Notes under the pieces: model-generated
The model's input: the letters and a program-made list of their open reading frames with translations, nothing else
Database searches by the model: none
Told to the model about the DNA's origin: nothing
DNA from: Mantamonas sphyraenae STR306
Taxonomy: Eukaryota; Protista; CRuMs
NCBI GenBank assembly: GCA_026936335.1
Contig: JAPMXV010000039.1
Location: 168,530-232,529, forward strand
Reading direction: 5' to 3'
Length of the DNA stretch: 64,000 bases
Shown here: in pieces, positions 35,924-48,200 of the stretch
Position numbering within the stretch: position 1 is the first letter of the stretch
Layout: every line of letters starts with the position of its first letter
Program-made: the position numbers and the translations under genes

Positions 35924-36492
35924 TCAATTGCTGGCTGCCACTTCGTCCTCGTTGAGAAGCATGTTGGGCACACCGCCCTTGATGGGGTATTCCCTACCGC
36001 AGTTCTGGCACTGCATGGTTGCCTCCACCACCTCCAGGTTGTTCAACACATTGTGCAATGCCTCCAGAAGCTCTTTGTCCTCGTCGGCGTCCTCTGGAAG
36101 CTCTTCCGGCATGTCTTCCACCCCACACTGCTCAGTGGTCGCGTGTGTGTGTGTGTGTGCGTCAGCCTGAAGGGTCACTCAATCACTCACCTGCGGCCAG
36201 GATTACTTTCACCCCCCCCCACAGCCTCACCGTGGCCACGATATGACACAACGACAATGGCAGTGGATAGAAAGCAAGTGGGCAAGACTAAAGGGCAACG
36301 TACAGCAGCAGCAGCATCGACCAGCGTTGCGTATTCGAGGCGAGGAAGCATGCGACGCACATAGGCGGCGTTAAACTCGTGCTCCTCCTGCTCCACCTCG
36401 GTCACATCCGACAACGCCAACGGGTACCCTGCATCCTTTTTGACACAGTCGGGAATGGCACATGTGAGCATGTTGTGGATCAGAAGTTTCAT
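35924..36492 (-). CDS. TRM112: Methyltransferase activator Trm112; intron 36128-36303
   Basis: MKLLIHNMLTC...GYPL...MLPRLEY / LEALHNVL...MQCQNCGREYPIKGGVPNMLLNEDEV. Confidence 0.95.
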
Positions 36493-36630
36493 GTTTTCTT
36501 CTTCCCTTCCTCTGCTCCTTCCTTGTGGCTCCCCCCGCGCGTTCCCCGTTTCTGCCCACATTCGAATTCATTCTCCTTCCTCCCCCCCCCCTTCGTTCCT
36601 CGTTGTGGTGTCGCATGCAACGAAATCGTC

Positions 36631-38177
36631 TCAAACATCGTCACGCTCAATCATAGAGGTGCGTCCGGGACCGACGCCAATCCACTTGATGGGCACACCG
36701 AGGAGTTCCTCGACACGCTTGACGTAGGCCTGGGCCAGGTCGGGAAGGTCGTCAAAGGTTTGACACTCGCTGATGTCTGTCTTCCAGCCTTCAAACACTT
36801 CGTACTCGACCTCCACACCCTTGAGGGACTCCAGGGAGGCAGGGAACATGGTCACCTCCTTGCCATCCACAATGTACTTGACGCCCACCTTGATTTCATC
36901 AAAGGCACTCAGCACATCCAACTTGGTCAGGTTGATGTACGTGTACCTGTTGACGGCTTGCGAGTAGCGCATCTGCACCACATCCAGCCAGCCGCAACGA
37001 CGCGGACGACCCGTGGTCGTGCCCACCTCGTGGCCCTCCTGCGACAACTTGTCATGCAGATCACCCTCCAACTCGGTGGGGAAGGGTCCTTCGCCCACAC
37101 GCGTGGTGTATGCCTTCACCACGCCGTACAGCTCACTCATGAGCAGCGGCGAAATGCCCAGACCCGTGGCAAAGCCACCCGCCGTGCAGTTCGACGATGT
37201 CACAAAGGGATACGTGCCAAAGTCGATGTCCAGCATGGTGGCATTGGCTCCCTCCAACAGAAGCGTCTTGCCCTCGTCCAGCTGTTCGTTGAGGTAGGCC
37301 ACCGTGTCACAGGTGATCGGCTCCACACGCTGCCACAACTCCTTGTACTTGGCAATCTCCTCCTCCTCGTCCACATCGTCCAGCTGGCCAGGGAATGCCG
37401 CCTTCAGTCCATTCAACAGCTCACGCAGCTTGTCTCCAAACGACTCGTGCTTCAGGTCGCACAGACGCAACCCGTCACGGTTCATCTTGCTCGAGTACGT
37501 GGGTCCAATCCCTCGCTTTGTCGTCCCTGTGGTGGTGTATCAAGGGGTGTGTGGGGAAGAAGAAGGGCCACCGGATGCAAGGGCACACCATCGTCGATGC
37601 CACCGCAGATGGGTTCACACGTGTCAGTGTCAGCGTCGAATTCAACGCCAGCCGCGTTTGTGAGGCGCCTGCTCTTCTTCCAATTCCCGTTTTTCGTGTC
37701 TTTTTCCGACACAAACCACGGCCCCGGCCACGAGCACACCCCACACGCCGCACGCCACACACACATACCGATCGAATGGTCCTTGAGGGCCTGTTCGCGC
37801 AGACCGTCAACCTTCTTGTGAAAGTCAAAGACCAGGTGGGCGCGGTCGGAGATGAAAAGGCGACCCGCATAGTCGACTCCCTTCTCCTCCAGGTTGGCAA
37901 TCTCCTCCTCCATGGTGGGAAGATGTACCACCACACCGTTGCCCACCACACACACGCAACCCTTGTTCACAATGCCGCTGGGCATCAGATGGAACTTGTA
38001 CTTGACGCCGTCTGCCACAATCGTGTGTCCCGCGTTGGCGCCGCCCTGGGCACGTCCACACATGTCGTAACGTCCTGCAAGCAGATCCACCAGCTTGCCC
38101 TTGCCTTCATCACCCCACTGGGCACCGATCACTGCCACCACCTGCGGAACCTTGTCGCTAGAGGACGTAGAAGACAT
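36631..38177 (-). CDS. ADSS: Adenylosuccinate synthetase; intron 37527-37768
   Basis: [81 protein letters not shown]. Confidence 0.98.
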
Positions 38178-38415
38178 CTTCGAGTGAGTTTGCTCTAAAA
38201 GTTTTCAGGTGAGTGGAGTGGAGCAGGTCGGGATGCCACGTTCCTGACTGCCCACTGCACAGCGCCACCTCCAGCATCAACGCCGAGGCTGTACACACGC
38301 GACACAGCACATGGGGACTGCATGCATGCGCGACGGGAGATCCAAACAAACAGCCACCAGACAACCCACACACACCTTCCCCTGCCGCACAGCGAATCAC
38401 ATTCCAACAGCGCGC

Positions 38416-41400
38416 ATGAGTCGGTCACAGAGTGGAGAGGGCCAAACAGTGTCCTTCCTCGTGGTACCCACGCCTCTGGTGCGAGCGTTTGGTGAGGGCG
38501 ACGTGCAAGAGAACAAGCCGCGGCGTTCTCGATCCAGCTCCCGCTCGCCGTCACCGCTCCTGTCCAGCTCCAGTTCCCCGGGCACGTCGGGGGTGGGCTT
38601 GGTCAGTAGCCCCCAAGTCGTCAAGGAGAAGCCCAGCCAGTGGGAAGCATGCGAGAGACTGGCAGAGATTGACGAAGCCATGGGCAGGCTGCCAAACATC
38701 AAGTTCAGCTCAGCCATCCTCGGCAAACTCAAGCAGTAAGTCGACACCCCCGCCCCTATGGTGTGTGTCTGCATGAGTGTGTGTGCGCACGCGTGTGCGC
38801 GAGTGCGTGCGTGATGTGGACGGCACTGACTGTGGTACCAAACGGGAACACTCTGGGGTGCCGGTGTGGCGCGGCCATTTTTTCTGTGCACAGATTGACA
38901 AAAGGAAAGAACGCGTCCGAACGAATCAACATGGTCAAGCAACACCTTCCACTGCTGCAGGTGGATGCATTTGTATACAGCGACCGCAAGAGCCAGCGAC
39001 AATGCATGGAGGAACTGCTGATCATGTACGTGGAAGCGAAAAACGAGATGGGGGGGTGGGTTCGAATTTGGCTCTGCTTTCCCTCACACACTCACACACA
39101 CACACACACACGCACACATACACTGATGGACCAATTGACAGTTGGGACAAATTGTCGGTGGATATGGAGACACTGGGGTATGAGGAACGATACCTGGCCA
39201 TGCACGGGGTGTTTTACGTGGCACGACGGCGAGAGTTTGACGTGCGACTTTTGCTAACGAGCACGCCGTCGTCGGAGCATCAGGGGATGATGGAACTGGT
39301 TGTACGGTACCGTAGTCTGCTTGTGGAAACACTGCAGAGTTGCATGCGTCACATGACCCGTCCAGGAAGCTACACGGCGTTGCGACTCTTTTGCGCCCAG
39401 ATGCTTGCCCTGTGCTACTTTTTCATCCCACCTGTGCGCACCTGCATCATCGACCAGTTTGACACACAGCACCGACTCCACAGCACCAGTGGACTCTTTC
39501 GCACCCTGTCTGAGGATGGTTTCCATCTGCAGGGTGGCGACGACGCAGAGGACAGTGAAGGCGGAGACGACGGCGACAACGACAACGACAACGACACACG
39601 AGAACGCAGGAAACAAACGGAAGGTGTGGATGAAGAGGAGGAGGAGGAGGAGAGAGAAGAGGAGGAGCAGGGAGTGGAGGATGAGGAACTGTACATGCCT
39701 CCACGCGCGTCGTCGTTCAACCAAACCAAAATGATGGAACCGAAGCTGCGATCGATGCCTCGCACAGACTTGGCACGCAAGATCAGAGACAGTTTGGAGG
39801 GATGCGATGGTCTGTTTGAGCTGGTGGAGCCTGTGGAGGATGAGGAGACCCTTGCACAGAGGTTGAACCTGGACTATACCAATCGACACGGAGTGTCCTG
39901 GTTGGATCGACTCATGAGCCAGGAGGGGTTCTACTGGATGTTTGTGGGCCAGTTGCACAGTGTGGCTGTGTATTTGACCCATTTGGATGTGCCTGGTGTG
40001 CTTGCTCACGAGGATCTGTGGTCGAGTGTCCCTGGCTATCCCGAGGTGCTTGCTCATGCGTTGGCACGTGTGGATGCCCTGTACGCAAACCCAGAGGTGC
40101 CGTGCATGTTTTATTGGTCGTCGTCGCGTGAAAAGCAGCGTGTGTTGAGCGAGGAGTGGAAGCCGTACATGCCTGACGTGCAGCTGTTCTTTCGCCATCT
40201 GCTGTACAACCGCTTTCTGCTGGGCCCGCTGACAGACACGGTGTTGCAACACACCAACGCATACAACATGTACGCGGTGATAGACGCATTGGATGCCCTG
40301 AGTGCGTGGATTGCTCAGATGACAGCACGTGGACAATCGCTACCATTTGACGACGACTCGCCGCACTTTCAACAATTGTTGCAGGCCATCGACGTGTTGC
40401 TGCACACGGCACACTACGCTGTACTCATGCGCACCCTCAAGTTTGTGTACGACATTGCGTACGTGGTGGTGGGCAACAACCGTCTGGAGTTGGTCAACCT
40501 CATGCTTGCCAACCATCGCTTCTTTGACTTTTTCTGCCACTGGTTCCCGTGGGTGCGTCGGTTCTACCACATCCTTGTCATTTACGGCTTGTCCAGTGAC
40601 CAGGCCACCCTCAGTTGGGTGCGTCGTTGGTTGCCAGACCATCCCACAGAAACCTCCCTGAGCGTCCCCACTCTCACCTTGGACGCGTACGACCAGAAGG
40701 GGGGGGATGGTGGCAGCAACACCAATGAGGATGGTACCAAGAGCAGTGATGACGACGGAAGCAACGGGATGGACGAGGACGGGAACCAAGCAGAGGCACG
40801 GGAGCGTTCGAGGGGATCGCTTGGACGCAGACACACAGACACAGACACTGAAAACAATGGTGGTAATGGTACGAAACCACCACGATACATGCGAACGACA
40901 CGAAGCAGCAGCAGCAGCGGAGCGAGCTCGGGTTCATCGTCGTCCTCATCCTCCACGAGCCTGTTTGGACGCTTCCAACGCTCGCTGAGCAATCTGAGCC
41001 TGCGCGGATCGTCCAAAGACACAGAGGAGGGTGGTAACAGCGGCAATGGAGGAGTGGGTGGCATGCTGGATTCGTTGAGGGGAAGGAGTAGCACCAGCAC
41101 CAGCAGCGGCAGCAGAGGCAGCAAGCGACAACGTAGCAACAGCAGCAGCTTTGGTGGTGGTGGTCGGCGGCGGCGGAAGTGGACGAGACAGACGCAGCGA
41201 ACGAGTGCGTAGTCTGAGTTGGGACTACACGAGCAGAGAGCGAAGCAACAGCATGAGTTCGTGGTTGGAGACCTTCAATCGACATTTGGGGTGGGTGGTG
41301 CAAGCACCAACAACAACAACAACAGGCAACAACAACAGCAGCAGCAAGCAACAGCAACGACGACAACAGCGACGGGTGGAGTGTGGGAAGCAGCAGCGAA

Positions 41401-42165
41401 GAGGGCGGCAGTCATAGCCCACTGGATGGGGGAGGAGGGCAGCGTTCACCAACCATGGCACACGGGTATGGCCCTCTTGATGATGCCATCCAGGATGACG
41501 ATGTGCGTGCGGCGGCGGCGGAGAACAGCCGTGTGAGTGGAGTTAGCAGCAGTAGCATCGAGGCATGGCGACATGCGTCCCCGGTGTTGGATGGGCCCAT
41601 GTTTGGCGGGGTGGGTGAGGAGGAAGAGGTGATGATGGACGTGGTGGTGGCCAGCAAGGTGGCCATCTACTTGGAAATGGTACGTGAGCAGCAAACCCTC
41701 ATCACCCAAGAACAGGAGGCCTTGGCACAGGCGGCCGCACGTGCAGCAGCCGCCCAAGCTGCAGCTGCCAAAGACCAACGACAAGGAGGGCAGGCAAAAG
41801 GAACAGGAGGAGTAGGGACGAAGAAGAAGAAGAAGAAGAAACATCGGAAGGGGGCCCAGGAGGACGAGGAAGAGGAGGAGGAGATGATGATGGAGGAGGA
41901 GGAGGTGGTGGTGGGTATGGCAGATGGGGTCAATGGGGTGGGACCCGTGGGAGCCACCGCCAGTTTGTTGAAGGAGGACCATCAGCTGCAGGAGTTGGAG
42001 TTTCCTCCCCGCTTGCGTCCCTATGTCACCTCTGCCCTCAATGAGTTTGTACAGCGCCTGCGTGACTTTCGTGCCTGGCAATCCAGCAAGGCTGGCCTCG
42101 ACCATTTTGTGTTTCCCCAGCTCAAGTTTGACCCAGCCATTGTCTCGCTGCAGGACAGTGTGTGA
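38416..42165 (+). CDS. Large helical protein, DUF1765-like; introns 38736-38893 and 39026-39141; unresolved frame changes at 41150-41390
   Basis: Splice joins restore frame; HTNAYN, LMRTLKFVY, FFCHWFPWVRRFYHILV resemble DUF1765 as recalled; probable C-terminal block YVTSALNEF..FPQL. Confidence 0.55.
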
Positions 42166-42225
42166 GTGTGAGTGGAGACAGTGCTGTGATGAGGATGATG
42201 AGGAGGAGGATGAGGCGTGAGGGTG

Positions 42226-42258
<33 letters not shown>

Positions 42259-42312
42259 CACTCATCACCCATCCACCCAACACAAAACAAACCATCCTTC
42301 TCCCACCGTCCC

Positions 42313-45036
42313 ATGCAGGTGGAGACCACGGAGGAGGAGGCTACGGCATTGGCTCTGGTCGGTGTCTTTGTGTCCACCGTATGGCTGGGCTTTGGGGCCT
42401 TTGCCATCCTGCGGGACAACAGCGACCGGTTGGCACACGAGGCGTCGACGATCCAAGATGCGTACAAACGCAACAAGAGCCAGCTGCAGGCCAAATTGCG
42501 TGGTGAGGAACGGGCAGACGAGGATGTGATGGAAGAGGCACGACAGCGCAAGACAGCCAAGCAGCTGATGTTGCTGACCATTGCCTACGAGTTTGTGGCT
42601 CTGTCCAGTTTCTCCTTTGTGCCGGCGATCCCGTGGAGCTTGCCGCCCAACGTAAAAGCCCTGCTGGCCTTGTTTGTGGTCCCTCTCACCGACGAATTGT
42701 ACCTCGCTGTGTTTTGGCTCTTTATCATCTTCCAAACCGCCACTTATGTGTCGATGTGGCAGCGACGCAGCAGCTTTCTGGTGGAGCAAACCTTGTGGCA
42801 GTGGCTGACCCGTGCCCAGGCCAAGTACGTGGTGACCCCCCTCGAACTGGCCACCACAGAGAGCATGGCCGAACCCAGCCTCTCCAACGCCTCTGTTGCC
42901 ACGCTTGCCACTCGCTCCGACACACAGCGCTGGTCCACAGGGCGGTTGGACGAAGGAGGGGAGGACGAGGACGAGGAAGCGGCGGCGGCGGAGGAAAATC
43001 GGCGACGACCCAGCGGCGGCAGCAAACGCAACACGCTGGCAAAACGGCATGATGGCAAGCGAGGAGGCAAGAGAATGAGTGCAGGCGGGTCTGTGGCAAG
43101 CCCTGCGGCACGAAGAAAGGCATGGTTGATGGGTGCAAACAACAAACGTGGTGGCGCTGCTGGGATCGGCGGCAGCAGCAGCGGAGGAGGAGGAGGTTCC
43201 ATGATGATGATGATGGGACAGGGCAGCGGATCGGGATTGGGACTGGAAACCACAAGCGAGACGTTTGGGGAGACGGAAGAACAGAGCGTGGAAGAGGTGC
43301 TGGGAGGCGGTGCTCACCACCACCATCCTCATCAGGAACTTGCCCAGGACGCAAGACGAGCGTCAGGAGTGGAGGCGGGAGACGACCAGCAACAACAGGA
43401 AGCGATGGAAGAAGGCAGGGAAAGAAGCATGAGTGCCGCCCAGGCCAAGGTGCGGTTCATGGGCACGCTGTTGGTGCGCAAGCGGGCGCGACAGGAGGAG
43501 GAGGAGGCGTTGGGGGACGAGCACAACGAGGAGGAGGACGGTAGGGATACACGCGGACGACGGGGATTGGCCTATTGGTGGTGGCGATGGGTGGGAGTGG
43601 CGCCCATTGTGATGTCGGAGCTGTTCTTTCTGCCCACCACACGGGTGTACTTTGAGATGCTGTCATGCAACTACGGGGTCACGCCGCCCGCGGTGGATGT
43701 GGCCATTTTCATTCCGTGTTGGCAGCCCCCGCATGCAGTGTTTGTCTTTGCGGCGTCGGCCATGTTGATGGTCAACTACAGCGCGGCGTTGTTTCACGCC
43801 CTGACCAAGAACGACCAAGATCCTGACTACCGGTTTTTGCCGCGCTTTGAAATTGCCATTGTCATGTTCAACTTTCTGGTGGCCACCGTGAGCACAGTGT
43901 ATGGTCGCTTCACCCTGGTGGGTGCGTTGATCAGCGTGGTGGCCTTGCTGGCCCTGCTGACGGGAAACATGTGGCTGCAGCCCTGTCTGGGTTCCGGTGC
44001 CATGTTCAACCACCTGCGTTCTGCGTCCATGAGTGGTGCCACGTGGGCCTCTGTCATGGCCATTGGCGCCCTCTTGGTGGGCAGTGAGCAGGAATGGCCT
44101 TTGTTGAGTTGGCTGTTTGGCTTGGTGCCCCTCATGCTCCTGTTTCACTTTGTCAGTGCACGACGCTACCGTGCCATGGAACAAGCCACCTTTGCCGCCT
44201 TGGGTGCTGCCCAGACCGATGGCGTGGTCAAGAACGAAGCCGCCACGGCGGAGAACATTGCCAACTTGGCCCTCATGGAGGAAACCCAGCAAAAGGTGGT
44301 CGACAGTGGTGGTTTGCACACCCTGCGTCTTTTGCTGGCTTCTGAGCATGTCCATGCACGCAAACATGCCGCACGTGCTGTGGGCAACCTGGGCGTCAAC
44401 GAACACGTGCGCACTCTCCTCGCAGACGCCGGCATCATCGAACCCCTCGTCGAATGCCTGTGGGACGACGATCACGACGTCCTCTTTTACGCATGCCGTG
44501 CCGCTATCAACATTGGCTTCCACAAACCCAACAAGATTGCCCTGTTTGAACACAACGCATTGGGCGCCCTGCTCTTTCGCTGGCTTCCCGACCAGACCTT
44601 GGACGAGCCTGTCCTTCGCAAGGTTGTCGAACTGCTGCTTACCCTGTCTCTGGAGAAGCAAGTGAAGCAGTGCTTCATGGGGCTCAGCCGCGAACAGGCC
44701 ACGGCCGCTCGTTTGGGCAAGGGACGTGTGTACGCCACCAACCACAGCTATCCCATGGGTGCCATTGTGCGTCTGCTCAAGGCTGTCACCAGTCCCGCTG
44801 AGCAGGTGCTCCTCCTCAAGGTTCTGGCCAATCTCATGACGGTCAAGCGCAACAGGCGCATTGTGGCGGAGAGCGACGGCGTTCGCGTTGTCTGGCTGCT
44901 CTCCAAGGAACACAACAAAGACGGAGACGCGGCTGTGCACCGTGCTGCAGCCACAGTGTTGGAGCGCATGACCAGTGGTGACCTGGAGAACCGGTTGCGG
45001 CTGGGAGAGCTGAAACGCAACGGTGGAATCGAGTGA
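42313..45036 (+). CDS. Multi-pass membrane protein with large low-complexity loop and C-terminal armadillo repeats
   Basis: Many hydrophobic segments, IPCWQPPH loop, ARM-like repeats (ENIANLAL..VVDSGGL, AARAVGNL..LADAGIIEPLV); 5' end uncertain. Confidence 0.75.
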   Translation: MQVETTEEEATALALVGVFVSTVWLGFGAFAILRDNSDRLAHEASTIQDAYKRNKSQLQAKLRGEERADEDVMEEARQRKTAKQLMLLTIAYEFVALSSFSFVPAIPWSLPPNVKALLALFVVPLTDELYLAVFWLFIIFQTATYVSMWQRRSSFLVEQTLWQWLTRAQAKYVVTPLELATTESMAEPSLSNASVATLATRSDTQRWSTGRLDEGGEDEDEEAAAAEENRRRPSGGSKRNTLAKRHDGKRGGKRMSAGGSVASPAARRKAWLMGANNKRGGAAGIGGSSSGGGGGSMMMMMGQGSGSGLGLETTSETFGETEEQSVEEVLGGGAHHHHPHQELAQDARRASGVEAGDDQQQQEAMEEGRERSMSAAQAKVRFMGTLLVRKRARQEEEEALGDEHNEEEDGRDTRGRRGLAYWWWRWVGVAPIVMSELFFLPTTRVYFEMLSCNYGVTPPAVDVAIFIPCWQPPHAVFVFAASAMLMVNYSAALFHALTKNDQDPDYRFLPRFEIAIVMFNFLVATVSTVYGRFTLVGALISVVALLALLTGNMWLQPCLGSGAMFNHLRSASMSGATWASVMAIGALLVGSEQEWPLLSWLFGLVPLMLLFHFVSARRYRAMEQATFAALGAAQTDGVVKNEAATAENIANLALMEETQQKVVDSGGLHTLRLLLASEHVHARKHAARAVGNLGVNEHVRTLLADAGIIEPLVECLWDDDHDVLFYACRAAINIGFHKPNKIALFEHNALGALLFRWLPDQTLDEPVLRKVVELLLTLSLEKQVKQCFMGLSREQATAARLGKGRVYATNHSYPMGAIVRLLKAVTSPAEQVLLLKVLANLMTVKRNRRIVAESDGVRVVWLLSKEHNKDGDAAVHRAAATVLERMTSGDLENRLRLGELKRNGGIE

Positions 45037-45285
45037 GTGTGAAATTTGTAATGTATATTTTGATTCAGATTGTATTTTGTGCCGTGTGTTGGGTGGTGTG
45101 GATTTCGACTTGAATCAAAGTTTATACACTAGATTGTGGTGTGATTCGATCAATACCCGGCCTCGCTTGATCTGATGTTCCAACACTACGTGTACGCCAC
45201 AGGCATGTGCGATACACAAATGAAAGGCGGCAAAGAGTCACAAAAGGCATCCATTTGCGTCAAAATCGACGATTCATCTTCACCG

Positions 45286-48200
45286 TCACGCTTCGTTCTC
45301 CAGCATCGAGGCCAGCGCGGTCTTGCCTTCCTCAGACACATACTTGTCAATGATTTCGTCGGCGCGTGCACTGTCTGTAGTGAGCAGATCCTCGAGGATG
45401 GCCAGCATGCGCTCCTCGGTCTCCTTTGCCTCAACAAACGGGGTGTTGAGAGAAAGGGCAATCCACTCGAGGACGGCCCCGGCAACGGCGTCGTCACTGA
45501 GGGACACAGCAGGGTGGTTGTCCTCAATAAAGTCGAGCAGAGCCGGGTAGGCAATCTCTGCCTCCTGCTGGTCCTCGCGGAAGGGCATGTACTCGAGGCT
45601 CATCTGCAGGAGATCCTGCACGGGGACGAGTTCGGGGATGCTTTGGCAGAAGCGGATGAGAGAGCTGACGGCGTTGTCGCTACAGGAAGCATACTCATCC
45701 GAGGTGGCATCTTCGGCCTCCAGCATGTCGAGCATGATGTCCAGGGCCTCCGAGACGTTGTCTTGGAACTTGTCGGCGGCATGCCTGGCCATGATGCCCA
45801 TGCCAAAGCAGGCACTCTGGCGCACATTGGGACTGTCGTGGGTGAGGGCATTCTGCAGCTCCGGGTAGAAGCGAGAGTAGTACTGGATGGCCTTGGGGCC
45901 GCCGTGTTCGATGAGGTCGATGAACATGCAGAGGGGCAGACACAGCTCATAGTCCTGCAACTCCTGCCTGAGCATGCGTTCCATGGGTTCGAGCATGAAG
46001 CGATCAAACACAGGCACCATTTCCTCCTTGTACGTGCGGAACATTTCGCCCACACAATCGCCCAGCATGTCAAACAGACTCTCCTCGATTTGGTTCTCCT
46101 CCTGCAGCCTGTCCACCTCCTCATCGTCGACCACATCCAATTGGGCGTTGCCCTCCCTCTGGAGACGTCGTTGCAGACTCTTCTTGATCAGTTTCAGGCA
46201 GGTCACCGACAGGTGTTCCATCTGCTCCACCGTCATCACATCCGGAGCCGAATAGTGCACCAGATGCTTCAGGGCCTCCAATGCCACGTAGACCACGTCT
46301 TCGTCCGACTCATCCAACACACACTTGGTCATGGAAGCCAGACAGCTCTCAAACAGATCGTCCACCATCTCCCTGTTCAGGTTGCCCACACTCTCGGGCA
46401 ACTCCTCCGGTGGCAACTCCCACGCCAACTTGAGGCAATTGAACAGTTCGGGGAGGATGGAATAGGCGGCGGCACGCACATCCTCGTGCAGGTTGACAAT
46501 CTCCCCGGCACAAACTCCAGCAGGGGGGACACATACTCCACAAACTGCGCCTTAAACTCATGGGCAAACATAAACAGCATTTGGATGGCAGTGGCCTTTT
46601 CCTCCATGGCCGACGTGTGGATGGCCATCTTTTGGTTCTTGAGTGTGATCACCTCCCAGCCCTGGAAGGCATCCTCGTCCTCCTCGTCGTCCTCCGTGAT
46701 CTCCTTTGTGAAGTTTTCCAGCCGTGCCGAGGCCAGCATGATGGGCATGATGATGTCCATGTACGGGGCAAAGTCTTCCTTGCCCATGAGGTGACACATG
46801 CGAGCCCAACCTTGCAGCAGGTAGGTGCTGAATTCGGAGCCCACCTCCAGGTCGTCGCCCACCTCATCCAACACGTCACGCAGCATTTCCATCACCTCGA
46901 TGGCCTCGTCGACAAACTCTTCGGGACCCACCGAGAGACCAATGATACCAATGGCTTCGATGACACGTCCACGAAGACTGAGATACTCGGGTTCGACAGC
47001 CTCGGCCAGGACGTTCTTGAGAAAGGGCATAAAGTCGCGGTAGAGCTCGACAAAGGCAGTTTCGTTCTTCATGGCCAGGGCAGCGAGGGCAGAGACAGCC
47101 TCCTCCTGGACCATGCGTTGGTCGGTTTCCAACACCTTGGTGATGGTGTTTGCCATGAAATCACTCCACTCGTCCAACACCTTGTCGCTGATGTTTTGCA
47201 GGAAGTTGATCATACAACGCACGCCGTACACCTGCACACGCGGGGCACTGTCGTCCTGTGCCAACTCGGACAGTTTGGGCAACACATCCCCGGCATACTT
47301 GGCCTGCACAGCCCCCTTGGTGTTGAGACACAACTGTGCCACAGCGCTGATGGCATGGAATCGCACCACGGGACTCTCGTCGTCCAACATGGGCAACACA
47401 ATCCCCATCACGGCGTCCAATTGCTTGCGCAGTGCCTTGGCACACCCTTCGTTGATGCACACAAGTGCAAACATCGCCGCATGACGCTTCCTCCACTCGT
47501 TGCTCTCCACATACTCCGCAATGTGGTCAAAGTTTCGCTCCAGCACCGTCCCTGGTCCAAGGAACGCAGCCGTGCGTTGCAGCATCTCCGCTCCCAGATC
47601 GTAGAATGTAAACGAGAACACGGATTGTTTCTGCATGGGGGTGCGAGGGCGGAGGGGGAGGGCGGTTGGTGAGTTGGATGCCACCACGGGTACAGCAGAG
47701 AGGAGAAAAAAGGGAAACACAGGGGATAGCGGGAGCGAGAGAGAGAAAAAGACTGGGAAGGAATGGCATGGCAAAAACGCAGCACCACACACACTCTCTC
47801 TCCCTCTCAACATCATGAGAGAATGGGGAGGGGGGGAGGGGAGGGGAGGGGATTGTAACGCATGGCTTACAGGAGGTTCATGGGCCCACTGGTCAATATC
47901 ATCAATGTCGACGTCGAGAAGCCACTGGTAGCAGGCGTCGATGAGTTCGTGCACCCATCCTGGGTCCTGTCGAACCAACGAAGGGGCAGCCTCACACACA
48001 ATGATGACCAGTTCGCCAGCCAGGAATTGGGTTTCATCCTCCAGGCGATCGGACTCCAGGATGCCCATGCCCAGGCTGATGAGGTCGGGCATGGATTCGT
48101 AAAACACCTGCACGTTGGCTTCAATGAGGTCAATAAACACCTCAATCACCTCACGTGCAATCGGTTCCTCCTCTGCATCCAACACTGCATCCAACACATT

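Noticed and set aside
37527-37768. Possible intronic snoRNA in ADSS (small hairpins)
   Set aside because: No convincing C/D or H/ACA box arrangement or rRNA complementarity seen
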